Assembly (NCBI GenBank): GCA_964013565.1
Contig: CAXGWU010000001.1
Coordinates: forward strand, 203,788-267,787
Source: an uncultured Oligoflexia bacterium
GTDB taxonomy: Bacteria > Bdellovibrionota > UBA1018 > UBA6935
Length of the DNA stretch: 64,000 bases
Direction: 5' to 3'
Shown here: positions 37,586 through 47,575 of the stretch, piece by piece
Layout: each line of letters starts with the position of its first letter
Numbering within the stretch: the stretch's first letter is position 1
Program-made: the position numbers and the translations under genes
Notes under the pieces: model-generated
Told to the model about the DNA's origin: nothing
Seen by the model: only the letters and a program-made list of their open reading frames with translations
The model's database searches: none

Positions 37586-40048
37586 ATGAGATGGGTATTG
37601 TTATTGTTGTGGATGGGATCTCTGACCCCGTTAGCTTATTCAGATTTAGTGAATTCAAAAAAATTGAGACATTCTTTGGTTTATTCAGAGGTTTCTCCCT
37701 CCGGTAGGTTTGTCTTTGGACGAAAAGGACGGGACACCTATGGACTACTTGATTTGCAGTTTAACTGGATGAGGACGATTCCAGTGGAGACGACTCAAGC
37801 TCATGCTGTTTTTTCAAAAACAGGCCGTTATGTTTTTATTTTAGATGAAATCAATGAGCAGGGAGTGATTTATGAACTCCCTTCGTTTCGAAAAATAAAA
37901 ACAATTACTGATGTTTCAGTTGAATCTCGGTTTTCCGATTTAGATGATTATTTTATCCAAAAAAAAGGAAGTGATAAAAAGTGGAAAGTGCTTTCCCTTT
38001 TTACAGGTGGTCCTTCGATTGAAATTGAAGGTGAAATAGCTAATGTTCAGGGTGATTTCATTGTTTCTCATACAGAGCAAGAGATGAGTCTTCTTCGGTT
38101 AAGTGATTTTCAACTGAATAAGCTTAAGTTAAGAAATAAAGTTCTAGATATCAAGATTTCTCCTTATGGAAAGTTAATTTGGATTAAGGAATTTGAAAAT
38201 AATTTTTTGTATGATTTTGAAACCAAAAAAATCATTCAGTTAAATCAAAAAATTAAAGATTTTTTTTGGATTGATCATGAAAGCTTTATTTATCAATTCG
38301 ATTCAGGCTCTTTTTTTCTTTCAAATATAATAAGCAAAAAGAAACAAAAACTGAATTTTAAAGGAAAGGTGCTTTATTCAGAGGTTTCTCCTCAAAACAA
38401 AGTTCTTGTTGCTCAAACAACACGTGGTTGGGGTGTGTTTGATTTTATTAAAAGAAAATTACATTTTTTTAACAAAAAAGAAATCCCTGCGATTGAAAAT
38501 CCAATAATTAGGTTTTCAGAAAAAGAAGATCGGTTTTTCATTTACTTTGATTTTTATAGTCATTCAAAGTTTTATGAAATTTCTATGAATGATTTTTCAT
38601 TCATAGAAACTGATCCATTTATTTATTTTGAACAGTTATATTTTTACCAAAACCAAGTTTTAATGACTACGGGGTCAGAGGGAAAACTTTACCTGCTCTT
38701 TGATAAAAAAGAAAAGCTAACTAAAAAAGGAATTCCTAAAAAGAAAAAAACATCATTATCTGTGAATGATTTTTTAAATAATTATTGTGATGTTCCTTAT
38801 GATTCTCAAATTTGGAATCAGGCATCGCTTGACTATGATCTTAAAGTTGGAATGCTTTCAGATGATCAAGCTTCTTTTTTGTTTTCTAAGTTTCAGAAAA
38901 ATTTTGATCCAAGAAAAGATGGAGTTTTTTTAAAGTCTTTACTTGAGCAAGGGTTTTTTACAGAAAAAGAATACCGTTCTCGATGGTTCTTTATTTTAAC
39001 TCGGATCAGTAATGATTATCCTTGGTTTGCTTATGATATTTTTCAAAGCCATTTTCAGTATTTTTTAAACTTATTGAACTCTTTTGATGGAGAAGAATTT
39101 TCTGATAAAGATTTATGTGTATCTTATTCGGAAATGGAAGCTTATTTTAATTCAGACACTCAAGATATTGAGTCTCTTCTTTTTCGAGAGTCTTTTCATA
39201 ATATGAATTTTAATGATCAATATAAAAACTTCTTTTTTTGGGATCTTTTTCATTTAAATAAAAAAAATTACCTTAAAGAAGACGATCTAAAGGAAATTTT
39301 AAATTTAAAGTCTGTAAGAAAGAAGTTTAAAATTTCAAATAAAGATTTAAATGAAGATGAGGTGTTTTATCCATTGATTTCGGAGATGAGAAAAAGCTTT
39401 TTATCTAAAAACGATCGTTTTAATTTGTCTGAAAACTGCAAGTTAAAAAAACTTTCAACACAACTTTCGTCTGAGATGGAAGAAGAGATTTTGAAGTCTA
39501 TACAGGATTTTCAAAATAGTTTGCCTTTGATTTCTGAAAAAGATGAATTAATTCGATTAAAGAGTCAAAGAGATGATGGGCTCTTTCATAAAAAATCTGA
39601 ACCTATTTTATCGTCCATAGAGAGGAAACAAGATGAACTTTCAAAAAGCGCGGCTAAAAATATAATCAGAAGTTCTTTGTCTAGTTTTGAAGACCTTCAT
39701 CTTCACTGCTCTGGAGAGAGAAAGCAAAATGTGGATTTTCGGTTTGGAAGTTATCAAGAGTCTTTGAGCTGTATTTCTTCATCCGGTGTTCGTGAGGAAC
39801 AAATAACTCTTGATCCAACTGGAGGAGATTTGACTTTGTCTGTTTGTCTAAGATGGGAAAAAGCAGAGGTTTATTCAGATCAATGGTGTTGGACAAAATC
39901 TCTTGTTTTTAATGAACAAATTAAGAAAAATCACTATCTTTCCTCTTCTCATCGAGAAGAGAGTTTTCTTTGTAAAAAAGTAAATGAAAGAAAATGGAGC
40001 CACCAAGAGAATAAAAAAGAAAAGGAACCTTGGAGTTTAGAGCGATGA
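37586..40048 (+). CDS. Secreted hypothetical protein (about 820 aa), possible beta-propeller N-domain plus alpha-helical C-domain
   Basis: Start chosen at the ATG at 37586 (MRWVLLLLWMGSLTPLAYS, signal peptide); the track ORF starts at 37502. The coding sequence is very AT-rich. Confidence 0.45.
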   Translation: MRWVLLLLWMGSLTPLAYSDLVNSKKLRHSLVYSEVSPSGRFVFGRKGRDTYGLLDLQFNWMRTIPVETTQAHAVFSKTGRYVFILDEINEQGVIYELPSFRKIKTITDVSVESRFSDLDDYFIQKKGSDKKWKVLSLFTGGPSIEIEGEIANVQGDFIVSHTEQEMSLLRLSDFQLNKLKLRNKVLDIKISPYGKLIWIKEFENNFLYDFETKKIIQLNQKIKDFFWIDHESFIYQFDSGSFFLSNIISKKKQKLNFKGKVLYSEVSPQNKVLVAQTTRGWGVFDFIKRKLHFFNKKEIPAIENPIIRFSEKEDRFFIYFDFYSHSKFYEISMNDFSFIETDPFIYFEQLYFYQNQVLMTTGSEGKLYLLFDKKEKLTKKGIPKKKKTSLSVNDFLNNYCDVPYDSQIWNQASLDYDLKVGMLSDDQASFLFSKFQKNFDPRKDGVFLKSLLEQGFFTEKEYRSRWFFILTRISNDYPWFAYDIFQSHFQYFLNLLNSFDGEEFSDKDLCVSYSEMEAYFNSDTQDIESLLFRESFHNMNFNDQYKNFFFWDLFHLNKKNYLKEDDLKEILNLKSVRKKFKISNKDLNEDEVFYPLISEMRKSFLSKNDRFNLSENCKLKKLSTQLSSEMEEEILKSIQDFQNSLPLISEKDELIRLKSQRDDGLFHKKSEPILSSIERKQDELSKSAAKNIIRSSLSSFEDLHLHCSGERKQNVDFRFGSYQESLSCISSSGVREEQITLDPTGGDLTLSVCLRWEKAEVYSDQWCWTKSLVFNEQIKKNHYLSSSHREESFLCKKVNERKWSHQENKKEKEPWSLER

Positions 40049-40102
40049 GAGATATAAGGATGCTTCTTTTTTTAAGATTGAATCCTCTGGAGTGGTAAGG
40101 CT

Positions 40103-40906
40103 GTGAGTCGTTCTTTTTTTTCTCTTCTTTTATTTCTTTTCTCTAGTATCGCGTATTCGCATTCGATGGTGTATGAAATTATTCAAGAAAACGCTATTCC
40201 TGTAAAAAAAGTGAATCCAAAAATTTTAGATAATCCCAGAAATCAATTTTTTATTAGGCAATTTTGGCAATTTCATCCAGATCTTCCTTATTATGAGGTC
40301 TATAATCCTATTGCAGAGTTGTTTTTAGATTTTTCAAGAATTCCTGATAAGTTTCATGAGCTTTTTAGAGTTTGTGTAAATCGAAAACTCGAAAATACCG
40401 TGAAAAAAATCGAAACAAAAAATTTGGGAAGATATCGTGATTCTTTTGAAACAGAATATGAGTATGAATCTACTTTTGATGAGTTGATCGCTCTTTGGAA
40501 AGTTAAAATGGTTGTTGATTGGATCGAAAATATTGAACCAAAAAAACATCAGAAAATAAAAGAAATAAAAAAAATAAGTACAGAGGACCGATCTTTTAAA
40601 CAAGAAGTCAAAGGAATGGGGACAGTCATGGGGGTAGGTCTTCTTGCAACTCTTGGTTACCTTGTAAGTCCAGTTCCATTGATCTTAGGGGCTGGGTATG
40701 GAGCAGGTTGGTTGTGGTACGTCAAAAAGAAAAAGAAAGAAACATCGAAGCCCGAACTAGAAACAGCTTTAAAAGAGTTTGAAGTAAATCCGCTTTTTGA
40801 AATGGAAATGAAGTCGCTTGGTGCGCTATTGAGGATGGACCGAGCTCAGTTATCTTGTTCAAGAGTTTTTATCCGATCAATTTTAGTAAAAAAATCAAGC
40901 GACTGA
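40103..40906 (+). CDS. Hypothetical secreted/membrane protein
   Basis: It has an N-terminal signal peptide and an internal Gly-rich TM segment (VGLLATLGYLVSPVPLILGAGYGAGWLW). Confidence 0.4.
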   Translation: MSRSFFSLLLFLFSSIAYSHSMVYEIIQENAIPVKKVNPKILDNPRNQFFIRQFWQFHPDLPYYEVYNPIAELFLDFSRIPDKFHELFRVCVNRKLENTVKKIETKNLGRYRDSFETEYEYESTFDELIALWKVKMVVDWIENIEPKKHQKIKEIKKISTEDRSFKQEVKGMGTVMGVGLLATLGYLVSPVPLILGAGYGAGWLWYVKKKKKETSKPELETALKEFEVNPLFEMEMKSLGALLRMDRAQLSCSRVFIRSILVKKSSD

Positions 40907-41887
40907 AACTTGGTTTCTACCGTTTTCTTTGGATTCATAAAGAGCGGCATCTGCTTTTTTAAGTAATGTTTGACTTGTCTCAATAGAGGAATCGATATTA
41001 CAGATCCCAATGCTTGCAGTTACTTGGATTCGAGTTCCTTCATAGATGAAGGGGTGTGCCTCAATCGTAGCGCGAATATCTTCACCCAGCTTTTCTGCTT
41101 GTTCATTGTTTTTACCTGGAGAAAGAATGATGAACTCTTCTCCTCCATATCTACCGAACACTTCTTTTTCTTCGAGGTGTTTGGTTGCAATGATTCGAGT
41201 AAATTCCTTTAAAATGTAGTCTCCGGCATCGTGTCCGTGAGTATCATTAATTTTCTTGAAGTGATCAATATCAAAAAAGAGCAGAGCAAAATCTTGGTGA
41301 AGGGCTTTTGCTCTTTTGAATTCAGCATCCAAAGCTTCAATCAGATATCCTTTGTTATAAATTCGAGTGAGCGCATCTGTATGAGCTGCGTCTTCCATTT
41401 TTCCATAGAAAAGAATTTCAATTTCTCCTGCAGGAAGAAACTTTAAAATCGAACTTCCGATTTTAACCATGTCTTCTTTTTGCAGAATAACAGGTTGATT
41501 TTTTTCAAGCGTTTTTCCGTTAACCACGGTTCCATTAGAAGAACCAGTGTCCATGATGCTGTATTCGTTTTCTCCTGTTTTTGTAATTCGTGCATGTTTT
41601 CTCGAGATACTTGGATCATCAATAGAGATTTCCGCAGAAGGATCTCTCCCAAGAGTCATTTCATGTTGATCAATAATGAAGCGATGCCCCTGTCGTGCTC
41701 CACGAATGACAATAAAGCAAGCACCATGCTCTTTTGCTGCTTGAAGTTCATTTCTAAGCGTCTCTTGAGTCGCGTCGAGTACTGTTGTTTTTTCATCATC
41801 AGAAGGAGGACAAACCATTAAAATAAGGATAGGGCGTTCTGAAGGAAATCGCAATTGCTTTCCCTTGTGAAATATTTCACCTGTCAA
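40895..41887 (-). CDS. FHA-domain-containing diguanylate cyclase (FHA-GGDEF)
   Basis: FHA features (ISRKHARI...SSNGTVVNG) and a GGDEF domain with an intact GGEEF motif and RYGGEEF. Confidence 0.75.
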   Translation of the reverse strand: MTGEIFHKGKQLRFPSERPILILMVCPPSDDEKTTVLDATQETLRNELQAAKEHGACFIVIRGARQGHRFIIDQHEMTLGRDPSAEISIDDPSISRKHARITKTGENEYSIMDTGSSNGTVVNGKTLEKNQPVILQKEDMVKIGSSILKFLPAGEIEILFYGKMEDAAHTDALTRIYNKGYLIEALDAEFKRAKALHQDFALLFFDIDHFKKINDTHGHDAGDYILKEFTRIIATKHLEEKEVFGRYGGEEFIILSPGKNNEQAEKLGEDIRATIEAHPFIYEGTRIQVTASIGICNIDSSIETSQTLLKKADAALYESKENGRNQVSVA

Positions 41888-41892
41888 ATCTC

Positions 41893-43218
41893 TTACGATT
41901 GGTTTTTGTCAGAAAGCATTTCTCTAATATAGACTTTTCCTTCTTCTACTCCAGGCTGATTAAAAGGGTCGACTTCCCAAAGGATTCCTGTAAATGCCGT
42001 CCAGCTACACAGATGAAACATCAAAGCTCCTAAGGTATGAGCATTGAGGTGATCAAGCTTTAGCTGTACCGAAGGTCTTTTTTGATTAATAAATACTTTC
42101 GAAATCGACTGATGCTCTGTGGCGAGCAAGTGTCCAAGGGTGTGTCCTCCTAAAAGTTGAAATGAACCAAGCCTTGCAAGTGCAGGATGAGGAATTTGAG
42201 GAATTTTTACATCTTCGCTGTGTTTTTCAAGTGATAAAAAGAACGTCACAAAATGGTCCGGACCTTCGACAAGCAGTTGTAGGAGGCTGTGTTGGTCTGT
42301 TGCACCTAAAGCAGCAATGGGAGTAAATCCTTTTCCTTCTTTTCCTAAACTTTCAGCCCATAATTGAACAAACCAATCCCCTAAAAGTCTCAGTCTTGAG
42401 CTATAAGGGAAGAATACGTGATTTGGACGAGTTGAGGCATGAGCAATTAAATGAGAAGCAGATTGCATCCAGGGGTTCTTGTCGGGAGTACTCTCAAGCC
42501 ATTCTTTGCGAGCCGCATGAGCCCCATTCATAAAATAATTCATCGGGATTCCTCCAAGGGCTCCCAAAAAAAGCCCAACAGGAGAAAAAATGGAATACCG
42601 TCCTCCAATTGAAGGGTGAATTGGAAGTGACCGAAGAGAGAGGTTATTTGCGAGTGCTCTGAGGTCTCCCTGTGTTGGATCAGTAAGGAGAACGATTTGA
42701 GAAGACCAGCGTGATTCTCCAATCCATTCCATAGCGCATTGAAGTAGTGCAATCGATTCAAATGTTCCACCTGATTTTGAAATACCTATTACCAAAGTGT
42801 TTTGTGGGTTTAGTCTATGGATGGTGTCGTTCCACAGGTCAGGGTCTGGGTTTTCCATAAAATGAAAACAGAGATCATTTTTTCTCTCTAGTTTGAGTGC
42901 TTGTAAAAGACATTTCGGCCCCAGGGAAGATCCCCCAATCCCTAAAATAAGTACGTCTTTCCATTCCTTTTCTTGGAGAAGTGTCTCTGCCATTGAGAGT
43001 GAATCAGTGAGTGCGCTGAGTTCTTCATCGTCAGGCGCATGAAAGAATCCTGCTTGATGTGTTTCAAACAAATCTTTGAGTTGTTCCCATGCCGACTGTA
43101 GTCTTTCGAGATTCGGATGATGCATAAGGCCTGAGGCTGTTTTCTCAGGAGTAATTTGAGTTAAATGACTCCAGTCCACAAGAAGTTCTGAATCTTTTAA
43201 GCGCCGGGTTGTAATCAT
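41893..43218 (-). CDS. pgi: Glucose-6-phosphate isomerase (short about 440 aa type)
   Basis: VLILGIGGSSLGPK and the C-terminal PGI signature region. It overlaps the downstream ACAD gene. Confidence 0.75.
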   Translation of the reverse strand: MITTRRLKDSELLVDWSHLTQITPEKTASGLMHHPNLERLQSAWEQLKDLFETHQAGFFHAPDDEELSALTDSLSMAETLLQEKEWKDVLILGIGGSSLGPKCLLQALKLERKNDLCFHFMENPDPDLWNDTIHRLNPQNTLVIGISKSGGTFESIALLQCAMEWIGESRWSSQIVLLTDPTQGDLRALANNLSLRSLPIHPSIGGRYSIFSPVGLFLGALGGIPMNYFMNGAHAARKEWLESTPDKNPWMQSASHLIAHASTRPNHVFFPYSSRLRLLGDWFVQLWAESLGKEGKGFTPIAALGATDQHSLLQLLVEGPDHFVTFFLSLEKHSEDVKIPQIPHPALARLGSFQLLGGHTLGHLLATEHQSISKVFINQKRPSVQLKLDHLNAHTLGALMFHLCSWTAFTGILWEVDPFNQPGVEEGKVYIREMLSDKNQS

Positions 43219-44384
43219 CGTAATCCTCCAAGTAAATGTCTTCCAACGACGAGACGTTGGATTTGATTCGTTCCTTCTACAATTTGAGTGACTTTAGCCT
43301 CTCGCATGTATCTTTCGACAGGAAATTCAGAAGTGTATCCAGATCCACCCAGAATCTGTACAGCATCCGTAGTTACTTTCATTGCGGTGTCTGTTGCAAA
43401 AAGTTTTGCCATGGCAGCTTGTTGGCTGTAAGGCTGGTCTTTATCTTTTAAAGTGGCAGCTTGTTGAACAAGGAGGCGAGCGGCTTCAATTTGAGTTCCC
43501 ATATCTGCAAGGAGAAAAGCGACTCCCTGTTGAGCACCAATGGGTTTTCCAAACTGTTCTCTTTCTTTTGCATGATGAACTGCGCAATCTAAAGCGGCCT
43601 GTGCGATTCCAACGGCTGTTGCAGCAATCGTAATTCTTCCTGAATCTAATGCAGAAAGAGCAATTTTAAAGCCTTCTCCTTCTTTTCCAATGAGATGAGA
43701 TTCTGGAATTTTTGTGTTTTCAAAAACCAACTCCATGGTGTGTGAGATTCCACACCCCATCTTTTTTTCTCTTTTTCCAAGACGAAACCCTGACATTCCT
43801 TTTTCTACGACAAATGCAGAGATTCCTTTTGGTCCCTCTCCTCCAGTTCTTGCCATTACAATGAGAGTTTCGGCAACATCCCCTTGAGTGCACCAGAGCT
43901 TTGTTCCATTGAGAAGATAGGAGTTCCCTTCTTTTTTTGCAGTGGTAATCAGTGCAGCAGCATCACTTCCTGAAACCGCTTCAGATAAACTAAAGGCCCC
44001 AATGGCTTTTCCAGTCGCAAGCGGTGGAATCCATCGTTTTTTTTGCTCTTCAGTTCCATAATTAGAAAGAATGACTTGAGGAAGGCCAGTGACTGCAACA
44101 CTAATTGCGTAGCTAGCGCTGGCTTTCGCAATTTCTTCAATCGCTGCAGTATATTCTCGGTAGCCGAGTCCTGCTCCTTCATAGGTTTCACTTACCGGAA
44201 TTCCTGTTAATCCAAGACTGCCGAGTTGTTCAATGAGTTCGGGACGAAAGGTTTCTGTTTTTTCATCTTCTTCCACTCGTGGAAGGATCTCTTTTTGAGC
44301 AAACTGACGAGCAAGCGTTCGAATTTCACTCTGCATTTCTGTCTCGAAGGGGGATGATGAAGACACGTTTTTAGTTCCTTTCAA
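43215..44384 (-). CDS. Acyl-CoA dehydrogenase (short/branched-chain type)
   Basis: ACAD motifs GAFSLSEAVSGSDAAAL, LWCTQG and QILGGSGY. Confidence 0.8.
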   Translation of the reverse strand: MKGTKNVSSSSPFETEMQSEIRTLARQFAQKEILPRVEEDEKTETFRPELIEQLGSLGLTGIPVSETYEGAGLGYREYTAAIEEIAKASASYAISVAVTGLPQVILSNYGTEEQKKRWIPPLATGKAIGAFSLSEAVSGSDAAALITTAKKEGNSYLLNGTKLWCTQGDVAETLIVMARTGGEGPKGISAFVVEKGMSGFRLGKREKKMGCGISHTMELVFENTKIPESHLIGKEGEGFKIALSALDSGRITIAATAVGIAQAALDCAVHHAKEREQFGKPIGAQQGVAFLLADMGTQIEAARLLVQQAATLKDKDQPYSQQAAMAKLFATDTAMKVTTDAVQILGGSGYTSEFPVERYMREAKVTQIVEGTNQIQRLVVGRHLLGGLR

Positions 44385-44459
44385 AAAAAAATCAAAAAAA
44401 GAGTCAAAAACTCAACCGTTAAAGATGACTCTCTTGAATGTCTATGTCATAATTTTCAC

Positions 44460-46463
44460 ATGATGGGGGAGAATTCAAATCACTTTCCAATACAATGTGT
44501 TTTTCATTACTGGGAGACACCTGTTCAGGAGCTTTCAGATCGACTGGATGCACTTAGTCAGGAAGGGGTGCACTCACTGAGTACCTTTATTCCTTGGCAG
44601 GTGTTTGAATCGGATTTGAGTCAAAGATTGACTAAATTTCTCCAAGCAACGGCTTTAAGAAATATACAAGTCCAGTTACTTCCGATGCCAGAGCTTGGAC
44701 TTCATTATCCTTATTCAGGGTTTCCGAGAGATCTTATTTCTAATCCTGAAGTCTACGCAAAAAATTACCAGGGTCACGAAACGCTCGTTTCCTTACCTCC
44801 GAATGTATTTGCTTTGCCTTCCTTATTTTCTGAAGCCTTCTCGAAAAGGTTTTATAACTATCAGAACAAGTTTTTTATGTATTTAGGTGATCTGGAAAAA
44901 AATCAACCTGAGTACCTTGATCATGTAGAAATTCAGTGGACAGGAAGTCTGTGGAAATACTACCGAGCCCCTCGCTCTCATCACCGAAAATTATTTTCAG
45001 GCTTTGCAGGAGATCGCAGCAGAGCTGCTTCTATCGTTTATCGCAAAACAATGGATCGAATTTTTCAAGATCCAGAATTTTCTGATGGAAATCGGACTCA
45101 AGCAAATCAATGGAAGACTCAGTCATTTGAAACCGTTAATCGACAGTGGTTTTATCAACTCTCAGAAGAACGTTTTCGAAATAAGGGAATGGACCATTTT
45201 CGTAGATTGGCGCCAGCGCTTCCACACCGAAGTATTGAGCTTTATATTCCTGAAGCCGACCCTGTTTCAAATCACTCCAATTTTTTACAGATGGTTTCTG
45301 GAAGTTTTGGTGATGTTAAAAGAATTTCGACATTATTAAACGAGTACATTTCTCGAGCGACTTCAGTGGATGAAAGTCATTGTCCTCCTTTTGTTTATTT
45401 TCCAGAGCTTGGCGGATTTCAGAAGCTCAAAATAAATGAAAAACAGTTTTTATTGATGAAAGCGTTGTTGCTTTTTGGTGGACGAGGGGGCGGTGTCTTT
45501 ATTGATGTCGATCAATGGATTCAGTTCTCTCAAGGGTTTAGAAAAAAAGTAGAATCTTTAGGAAATCAATTAGCACAGAGAAAACTTCGATTAAAAAATA
45601 GAGCAATCTATTTGACTACTCATACGTGGTCTCCAACAGGAATTCTTTGGGATGAGCTTGAGAAAAAAATCGGAAAAGGACTTCGTCTGACTTCATCTTT
45701 TGACCTTTTGGAGCAAGATCAAGAGACTTCTCTTTGTGTAATTGATCCTTCTTTAATTTTGACTCGAGAGCGACTTGAAAAGTTACTTAATTGGATGAGA
45801 TGTGGTCGAGCCTTGGTGTTGTCTCAATCTGCATTGATGACTGCTGATGCGAAAAAACTTTTAGATCAAAAATTAAATCAGGTTGACCCAGAGATGACTG
45901 CTTTTATTGAGGGGGATCTTCCTTATCATGTTCATGGAGTTGAAGATGGAACATTGATTCAATTTTCTCTTCCACAGGTGATGGAGCTTCAGGGAGAGCT
46001 TCTTGTTGCTTGGAGAGGCTTTGTGAATCAAGTTTTGAATTTATCTGGACTCAAAGAACATTGGAAAATAGCAGATGCTCGCATCGAAGTGATTCCGATG
46101 TCTCGCGCAGAAGGTTCGAAGGGACTGTCTCTTTTTGTTTTAAATCCGTCGGAAAGACAGATTACCGCAGATCTCTTTTTTGATAAAAAAGTAGAAGTAT
46201 TGGATTTTCAATCCTGGATGAATGGGCAACGTCCGTCGATCAATGAAGAAGATCGCCTATTGGAGTGTACTTTAGATATTCCACCAAAGGGAATTCTTCC
46301 TTTAGGGACTTATGGCATCGACTGGGTTTTTGAAAGAAAAGTTGAAAAAGCTTTGAAAGAGAATCAGGGAAGAGAAAAAGAAAAGGCATCTCTTTTTGAG
46401 CCACTTCCTGGGTATCAGCCTGAACTTAATTTTGAAAAAAATCGCCAAACAGGAGTTGAGTAA
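44460..46463 (+). CDS. Hypothetical protein (667 aa) with possible glycoside-hydrolase-like TIM-barrel N-terminus
   Basis: N-terminal YWETPVQELSDRLDALSQEGVHSLSTFIPWQVFE resembles the GH42/GH35-type beta1-alpha1 region. There is no signal peptide. It is translationally coupled to the next ORF. Confidence 0.35.
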   Translation: MMGENSNHFPIQCVFHYWETPVQELSDRLDALSQEGVHSLSTFIPWQVFESDLSQRLTKFLQATALRNIQVQLLPMPELGLHYPYSGFPRDLISNPEVYAKNYQGHETLVSLPPNVFALPSLFSEAFSKRFYNYQNKFFMYLGDLEKNQPEYLDHVEIQWTGSLWKYYRAPRSHHRKLFSGFAGDRSRAASIVYRKTMDRIFQDPEFSDGNRTQANQWKTQSFETVNRQWFYQLSEERFRNKGMDHFRRLAPALPHRSIELYIPEADPVSNHSNFLQMVSGSFGDVKRISTLLNEYISRATSVDESHCPPFVYFPELGGFQKLKINEKQFLLMKALLLFGGRGGGVFIDVDQWIQFSQGFRKKVESLGNQLAQRKLRLKNRAIYLTTHTWSPTGILWDELEKKIGKGLRLTSSFDLLEQDQETSLCVIDPSLILTRERLEKLLNWMRCGRALVLSQSALMTADAKKLLDQKLNQVDPEMTAFIEGDLPYHVHGVEDGTLIQFSLPQVMELQGELLVAWRGFVNQVLNLSGLKEHWKIADARIEVIPMSRAEGSKGLSLFVLNPSERQITADLFFDKKVEVLDFQSWMNGQRPSINEEDRLLECTLDIPPKGILPLGTYGIDWVFERKVEKALKENQGREKEKASLFEPLPGYQPELNFEKNRQTGVE

Positions 46464-47255
46464 ATGGAACTCACCTACGACTGGAAAGCGTTTCAAAATG
46501 CTTTTCATTTAGATTATAAAAATAAGGGAACATTAAATGCTGTTCCTGCTCCCATTTATTTTGTTGCTGAAGATGGAATAATTCAGGAATTTTTTTGTGA
46601 AAATGAAGATTTTTCAGAGTGGCTGGGAAGGACATGTGATGAAGTTTCTGCTCACTTTAAAAATAGAGAAATAATCGTTTTTGATCGAAACGAAGTTGAT
46701 CAATGGATGAAAGATTCGATTCCACAAAACCATTATCACGCTCAGATGAATTATTTAAAAGAGCAGGCTCTTCCGTCAGTTGTGACGCCGAGTCCATTTT
46801 TACCTGGATCAAAAAGATCTAAAAAAAGTCGACATGAATTGGTTCATCAACTTTCAAAAACTCATTTTTTATTAGAGGCATTACATAGTTGGTGGAATCG
46901 GATTTTACCTTCTTCTTTTGGAATCTGGATTAGAATTCTTGATCAGGATCAGTATCAAGATTTATTGGTCGTTATTCGTAGAGGTCAAGTTCAATCCTAC
47001 ATGAAACCGAGTCTTTTAGGGCTAGGTCCAGGAAAAGAACATCATTTCGATCAAATTGCTCAATACCTCTCAGAGAGACACGCACTTCCTGTACAAGGAC
47101 TTGTGGTGAATCGAGATCAATGGGAAGACTGGTCAATGCAAACAGATCCTTGGAAGTGGGTTGCACAAGCATTACGTGCGGGAACCTTAGGGCTGCATCC
47201 TTTTCGTTGGGGAGTTGCAACGTTGATTGCAAATAAAGCTTATCTTGGATTTTAA
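46464..47255 (+). CDS. Hypothetical protein (263 aa)
   Basis: It starts at the base following the stop codon of 44460..46463. No motifs are recognised. Confidence 0.4.
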   Translation: MELTYDWKAFQNAFHLDYKNKGTLNAVPAPIYFVAEDGIIQEFFCENEDFSEWLGRTCDEVSAHFKNREIIVFDRNEVDQWMKDSIPQNHYHAQMNYLKEQALPSVVTPSPFLPGSKRSKKSRHELVHQLSKTHFLLEALHSWWNRILPSSFGIWIRILDQDQYQDLLVVIRRGQVQSYMKPSLLGLGPGKEHHFDQIAQYLSERHALPVQGLVVNRDQWEDWSMQTDPWKWVAQALRAGTLGLHPFRWGVATLIANKAYLGF

Positions 47256-47575
47256 TCATCGGGGAAAACAATAGGGATGTTATTTTCTTTTGCCCATTTC
47301 ATAATTGCTTTGTATTTTTTTGCAGGTTGATCGGGTCGATGAATATAAATTCCTTTGTTCCAGCGGCAATGAGAGGGGCAAAAATATTGATCCCAAGAAT
47401 AATTGTTGAAGTGAAAAGAAAGTCCCTCATCTTTTCTTATCGGTTTTTTTTCGTTTTTTTTGACCCGCTTCGTGTAACTTCTTGTTTTTATGTTGATTAA
47501 ATATTTGTCAATGAATTGAAAACTTTCTCATTATTCGTTAGAAACGCATTTTCGTCCAGGAAGTGAGTCGTCTTT

